From Aquificaceae bacterium (GTDB lineage Bacteria > Aquificota > Aquificia > Aquificales > Aquificaceae): a stretch of DNA of 64,000 bases. Within the stretch, counting starts at the first letter, position 1. Every line of letters begins with the position of its first letter. Under the pieces are notes generated by a model that saw only the letters and a list, made by a program, of their open reading frames with translations, ran no database searches and had not been told where the DNA came from. Positions 59,604 to 64,000 of this stretch are shown here, one piece after another. The translations under genes and the position numbers were made by a program. Location of the stretch: NCBI GenBank assembly GCA_037925075.1, contig JAXSNR010000002.1, positions 320,001-384,000 of the forward strand, written 5' to 3'.

Positions 59604-60717
59604 CCTCTGAAACTATCTTTTTCACCTCCTTTCTAACTTCTCCTTCTCTTGGCACATCCATGAGCCTTTGATACATATAGCTTCTGTCCACCTCATCCTC
59701 AAACTCCTCAAAATCCACAGAAATAAGAAGCTTTTTTGCCTCTTGATTGAGCATATCGGGAATGTCCCTTTCTGAAAGCCTGCACCAAAGGAGAGCCCAA
59801 GCCCTGGCGAGGGCTATAGGATGGTACCCTCCACCGCCTAAGTATATGCCCTCTCCCAACATATCCCTTATCAGGTCAAAGGCTTTTAAAAAGCCCCAGT
59901 TGGAAAGCTCAAACTTAGAAAGGTAGTCTTCCATCAAGGTATCTGTACCAAGCTGAAGCACATAAACCTCATATGGAAAGACTTCTACCACTGCCTGTAA
60001 AGCCTTTTCAAGAACATACAAAAACTCACTGTCTATAATGCCCTTTGGAAGCGGTATGTTAAGGTTGTAGCCTTTACCTTTCCCAGAGCCTCTTTCATTT
60101 ATAAAGCCCCTCTTGAAGGGAAAGGCGTACTCTGGAGACTGATGGATGGAGAAGGTAAAAACCCGGTCGTCCTCGTAAAAAAAGTCCTGCACTCCGTCGC
60201 AGTGGTGGGCATCAAGGTCTATGTAAAGTATTCTCTTAAAGCCCTTTGAAAGAAGGTACTGGAGGGCTACGCCCGGGTCGTTTATAAAGCAAAAGCCCTT
60301 TGCCCTTGAAGGATACGCATGGTGCATGCCACCTGCGGGATTAAAGGCTTTATACCCTTCAAGAAACAGATCCACCGCTTGAACCGAAGAGCCCGTGGCA
60401 AGCAAAGAGCCCTTCCACATGGCCAAAGACACAGGGTTTTCGTAGGTGCCTATGTTAAACCTTTCCCTGTAATCCTTTTTTACACACTGACAACGGTCGC
60501 ACTCCTCAAGGGCTCTAAGATAATCCTCCTCATGGAAAAGCCTTAGCTCCTCCCAATAGGCTTTTCTACTTTCTACAAGCTCTTCCTCTGTAATAAGGTC
60601 CATAGCCTTTAAAAGCTCAAGCAAAAGGGAAACCCTCGGTATTCTCAGTGGATGGTTTTTTGTGTATCTTAGGTTTTTGTAGGCGTAGCTACCTATGAGT
60701 TTTGACCTCTTCCGCAT
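59584..60717 (-). CDS. acuC: Zn-dependent deacetylase (AcuC/HDAC-like)
   Basis: HPL, GGMHHA, GFCFIND, YIDLDAHHCDG, QLGTD, GGGGY. Confidence 0.9.
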   Translation of the reverse strand: MRKRSKLIGSYAYKNLRYTKNHPLRIPRVSLLLELLKAMDLITEEELVESRKAYWEELRLFHEEDYLRALEECDRCQCVKKDYRERFNIGTYENPVSLAMWKGSLLATGSSVQAVDLFLEGYKAFNPAGGMHHAYPSRAKGFCFINDPGVALQYLLSKGFKRILYIDLDAHHCDGVQDFFYEDDRVFTFSIHQSPEYAFPFKRGFINERGSGKGKGYNLNIPLPKGIIDSEFLYVLEKALQAVVEVFPYEVYVLQLGTDTLMEDYLSKFELSNWGFLKAFDLIRDMLGEGIYLGGGGYHPIALARAWALLWCRLSERDIPDMLNQEAKKLLISVDFEEFEDEVDRSYMYQRLMDVPREGEVRKEVKKIVSEAIAYYL

Positions 60718-61981
60718 AGCTCTTTACCAGTTTGTGGACCTCCCTGTAGTTTATATCTCCCGCAAGCACATAGCCTTTCCCCCCGTAGCTGAACTTCTTT
60801 GAAACTGTAATACAAAAATCGTCCGTCGCCTGTGAGATGTATATGTTGGAAATATACACATCTTCGTAGCTTGCCTTTTTGAAGTATTCCTTCTCTGACC
60901 TATCCGCCCCCTTCTTTCCTGTCTTTACCGTATAAGTTAGCCTTGGGTTTACCACATTGTTGGAAACCTGAAGACCGCTCTCCCCTATTATGTAGAAAAG
61001 TTCAAAGTAGGGATGTTTTTTAAAAAAGTCATACAGGGTAAACTCCCATAGGTCTCTGTCTGTTCTTTTGAGGCTTTCCACTATGCTTTCAAAGTCTTGT
61101 TTTATTCTGTTTCTTACATGGTGTATCAATTCCCTTTTTTCGTACTCACACAGAACTACAGAGGGCTTTTCACTATGGAATATAAAACATGAGGCGTCAT
61201 GCACCTCTTCCATTTTTCTCTTTAACTCGGAGCTTAGCTTAAAAAAATCCTCAAAGCTTTTTAAGTCTTTGGTAGGTATGCAATAACCAAGAAGATAAAC
61301 CGGCTTTGCGTCCGCATAAAGTAGGGAAAACTCCCTCTGAAACTCCCTATACAGGTCCATAATCTCTTCCTCTTTTAGCTTCACCTTGGAAAGGGCATAA
61401 ACTTCGTTTTCCTCGTAAGACAGGCTCACATCTCCTTGTATGCTGTTTTTTATAGACTCATAAAGAACTCTCTGAAGGCTTTCGCCCTTTGAGGACCCGT
61501 ACTCCTCCACAAAATCTTTGAGACCCTTTATGTAAAAGCAGTAAAAGTAATACTCTTGACCAAAAAGAGACCTTATCTTCTGAAACATGGGAACTACAGC
61601 TTCCCTGAAAAGGCTTACATGATACAAAACCACATGGTAAAAAAGAACACCCATGTATGAGCCCTTCCTGTCTACCAGTAGTATGGGAGATTTGCAGGTG
61701 TTAAAAAAATCAAGAAGCGATACAAGGTGCTCTGGCTTTAGAACTGCGTTCCTTAGCTTCATAAGGGGATGGGCAATATCTCCTACGGTGAGATGTTCTT
61801 TGTGTTGGGCTTTTATAAGGTCAAGCTTGCCCACTATACCTATGGGCTTGTTGTCCAGCACCACAACCAAAAAGTTATATATACTATGCTCTTCAAAGGC
61901 TTTTAGGGCTTCTCTAATGCTGAGGTTGTACTCTATTGTTGGTACGCCTGTGGCAAGCCGAGCTAACTCTAACTCCTTCAT
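60689..61981 (-). CDS. Soluble CBS-pair / degenerate GGDEF-like / Cache(PDC)-like protein
   Basis: CBS (KPIGIVGKLDL; LLVDRKGSYMGVL); LKDFVEEYGSSKGE; C-terminal GADRSEKEYFK..YISNIYISQAT..CITVS..VLAGDI; no TM segment. Confidence 0.65.
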   Translation of the reverse strand: MKELELARLATGVPTIEYNLSIREALKAFEEHSIYNFLVVVLDNKPIGIVGKLDLIKAQHKEHLTVGDIAHPLMKLRNAVLKPEHLVSLLDFFNTCKSPILLVDRKGSYMGVLFYHVVLYHVSLFREAVVPMFQKIRSLFGQEYYFYCFYIKGLKDFVEEYGSSKGESLQRVLYESIKNSIQGDVSLSYEENEVYALSKVKLKEEEIMDLYREFQREFSLLYADAKPVYLLGYCIPTKDLKSFEDFFKLSSELKRKMEEVHDASCFIFHSEKPSVVLCEYEKRELIHHVRNRIKQDFESIVESLKRTDRDLWEFTLYDFFKKHPYFELFYIIGESGLQVSNNVVNPRLTYTVKTGKKGADRSEKEYFKKASYEDVYISNIYISQATDDFCITVSKKFSYGGKGYVLAGDINYREVHKLVKSYAEEVKTHR

Positions 61982-63483
61982 ATATGTGGTCCAGAAAGGT
62001 ATCTTCTTCTGCTTTCCACCGCAAGGAAGGCAAGAAGGACAAGGATGGAAATTATAAACATGCGTGCAATCACAACGCCTGTATCAGCCTGTGCTAACAC
62101 CTTGGAAGCTTGCACTACTCCCCATTGGTAAAGAAGTACTACCAAAAATATGGGAGATACTATGGCAAAGAAATAGACTAAGGGCTTTGGCACCTTTATA
62201 AAAACATCTCTGGTAAGCTCATTATGGAACTTATGGACTCCAAATATCCACACAAAGACTATTATCTCCAAAAGGGCAAAAAAGACAAGCATAAAGGTCC
62301 CAGCCCAAAAGTCAAGCTCGTCTATAAAGCCTGGAAGAAAGGCGGATAAAAAGGCACCCACAGACACCATAAGCATGGAAACATTGACAGACCTTGTATG
62401 AGACCATCTCATTTCATCCTCAAAGAGGGCTATAAGTGGTTGTATGAGGGCAAGGGAAGAGGTAAGGGCTGCGATAAACAGAAGCGAAAACCATACAGCG
62501 GAAAGAAGCCAACCCAAAGGCAAGGCCATAAGAACCGCGGGCATGGACATAAAGCCAAGTCTAAAGGTGCCTTCCTTTGCAAGCTCCGGCACCGCCAAAG
62601 CTCCAAACATGGCAAAGGCGGCAGGTATGGCTATACTAGCACCCAAAACCACCTCCACAAATTCATTAAGCCCAGCGGTCCAAAGTCCAGCCTTTAGCAC
62701 ATCTTCACGAGCCTTTACGTAGCTGGCGTAGGTGGCAATGGCACCCATCCCCAAAGAGAGCGTAAAGAATATCTGACCTGAGGCTTCGAGCCACACCTGT
62801 GGGTCCCATATTTTGCTAAAATCTGGCTTGTATATGTACAAAAGCCCCTCAAGCCCCTTACCACCCTTTATGGAAAGGGACACAAAGGCAAGGAAAATAC
62901 CCATGGTCAAAAGGGCAGGTATTCCCACCTTTGCGGTAAGCTCAATACCCCTTACCACACCCCTTTGGAGGATGTACCAGTTTGTGGCAAGGGTGATAAG
63001 AAGAAAGAGGATAGCCACATATGAGGGTTCCGTGTAGCTTCTGAAAAAGTCCACATAAGGTTGCATGGCGGTTTTTGGGTCTGGGCTTTCCACAGGCTTA
63101 GGCATCTGACCAAAAAGGGAAAGCACCGCAAAGCCCAAAGTCCAAGATTCAATGTAAATGTAATAGCAAACTATTAAAAAGGGTATGGCGACCCCTATGG
63201 AACCCAAGACTCTTGCCCAGTTGGCATGATGGAAGAGAGAGCCCATAATTCCAGTCATGGAGCCGTGCCCCTTTGAACCCGCATACCTTCCGATGACCCA
63301 CTCTAATACCATAAGTGGTATGCCAAGGAGGAAAAGGGCTACAAAGTAGGGAATCATAAAGGCACCGCCACCGTAGAGGGCTACCTTTGAAGGGAACCTT
63401 AAAAGGTTTCCAAGCCCTATGGCATTTCCCGCCGCAGCAAAGATAAGCCCTACCTTAGAAGCCCAAGCTTCTCTTTTATTCAT
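61978..63483 (-). CDS. Sodium-dependent NSS transporter (LeuT-like)
   Basis: REAW, AGNAIGLGNLLRFP, GGGAFMIPY, GQIFFTLSLGMG, AALTSS. Confidence 0.92.
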   Translation of the reverse strand: MNKREAWASKVGLIFAAAGNAIGLGNLLRFPSKVALYGGGAFMIPYFVALFLLGIPLMVLEWVIGRYAGSKGHGSMTGIMGSLFHHANWARVLGSIGVAIPFLIVCYYIYIESWTLGFAVLSLFGQMPKPVESPDPKTAMQPYVDFFRSYTEPSYVAILFLLITLATNWYILQRGVVRGIELTAKVGIPALLTMGIFLAFVSLSIKGGKGLEGLLYIYKPDFSKIWDPQVWLEASGQIFFTLSLGMGAIATYASYVKAREDVLKAGLWTAGLNEFVEVVLGASIAIPAAFAMFGALAVPELAKEGTFRLGFMSMPAVLMALPLGWLLSAVWFSLLFIAALTSSLALIQPLIALFEDEMRWSHTRSVNVSMLMVSVGAFLSAFLPGFIDELDFWAGTFMLVFFALLEIIVFVWIFGVHKFHNELTRDVFIKVPKPLVYFFAIVSPIFLVVLLYQWGVVQASKVLAQADTGVVIARMFIISILVLLAFLAVESRRRYLSGPHI

Positions 63484-64000
63484 AGCTTAAGTTCCTTTAT
63501 CCTTTCCACAGCTTCAAGTAGCCTATGGGTTGGTACAGTAAGAGATATTCTAAAGTATCCTTCTCCATGCTCTCCAAAGCCGTTGCCGGGTGTACAAACT
63601 ATTCCGCATTCCTCCAAGAGCTTGGAAACAAACTCAGCGGAGGTATAACCTTTAGGAACCTTTACCCAAAGGTAGAAGGTGGCGTTGGAGCTATAAACCT
63701 CAAGCCCCACATCCTTTAGGGCCTTTACCATTGCAGACCTTCTTTCTTTGTATGTGTCCCTTATCTTCTGAACCTCCTCTTCTGGCAAGTTCAGGGCTTT
63801 TATGCCCGCCTCTTGTATTGCCTGAAACTGTCCAGAGTCCACGTTTGTCTTTACCTTTCCAAGCCCAGCAATGAGCTTTTCATTGCCTACCGCCATCCCA
63901 AGACGCCAGCCGGTCATGTTAAAGGTCTTGGACAAGGAATGAAACTCTATGGCTACATCCTTTGCACCCTCTATTTGCAGTATGGACATGGGCTTTTGAT
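63480..64000 (-). CDS. Class I/II aminotransferase (LL-diaminopimelate aminotransferase-like), 5' part outside the window
   Basis: EFHSLSKTFNMTGWR, KTNVDSG, TPGNGFG, GYFRISL. Confidence 0.8.
   Translation of the reverse strand, partial: QKPMSILQIEGAKDVAIEFHSLSKTFNMTGWRLGMAVGNEKLIAGLGKVKTNVDSGQFQAIQEAGIKALNLPEEEVQKIRDTYKERRSAMVKALKDVGLEVYSSNATFYLWVKVPKGYTSAEFVSKLLEECGIVCTPGNGFGEHGEGYFRISLTVPTHRLLEAVERIKELKL

Noticed and set aside
1..64000. CRISPR array, tRNA, rRNA or prophage
   Set aside because: No spaced direct repeats, cloverleaf motifs, rRNA-like sequence or phage genes were seen by eye.

Overview
This is a gene-dense chromosomal window from a thermophilic bacterium, almost certainly Aquificota (Hydrogenobacter/Thermocrinis-like). 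That assignment is an inference from the K/E-rich proteins, heavy AGG/ATA codon use, a LeuT-like NSS transporter, DUF1122, a ba3-type oxidase and TtuAB. Most of the window is housekeeping: pdhABC-lpd, rplM-rpsI-argC, secG, secD, lolA/C/D, kdtA, ino1, gcvH-gcvPA, metF, ilvE, panD, tilS-ftsH-leuC, hemG, thiSG, a B-family cytochrome oxidase with SCO, and acuC. Accessory elements are a decayed IS1595 transposase, two MNT-HEPN pairs, a roadblock-DUF4388-small GTPase module, and a two-TolC RND plus EmrAB efflux cluster with a palindromic bidirectional promoter/operator. Two adjacent genes are broken (FliK-like and YbhB). The most notable observations are: (1) a soluble CBS/degenerate-GGDEF/Cache protein coupled between a LeuT-like transporter and an AcuC deacetylase; (2) a PDH E3 lacking its NAD-binding motif, followed by an unannotated 47-aa ORF; (3) widespread TATAAT-(7-10 nt)-ATG leaderless and bidirectional promoters; (4) a TtuB with a masked GG; (5) a 92-nt dual-coding secG/prmC overlap. 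No rRNA, tRNA or CRISPR array was seen. All calls come from motif reading by eye, with no database searches.
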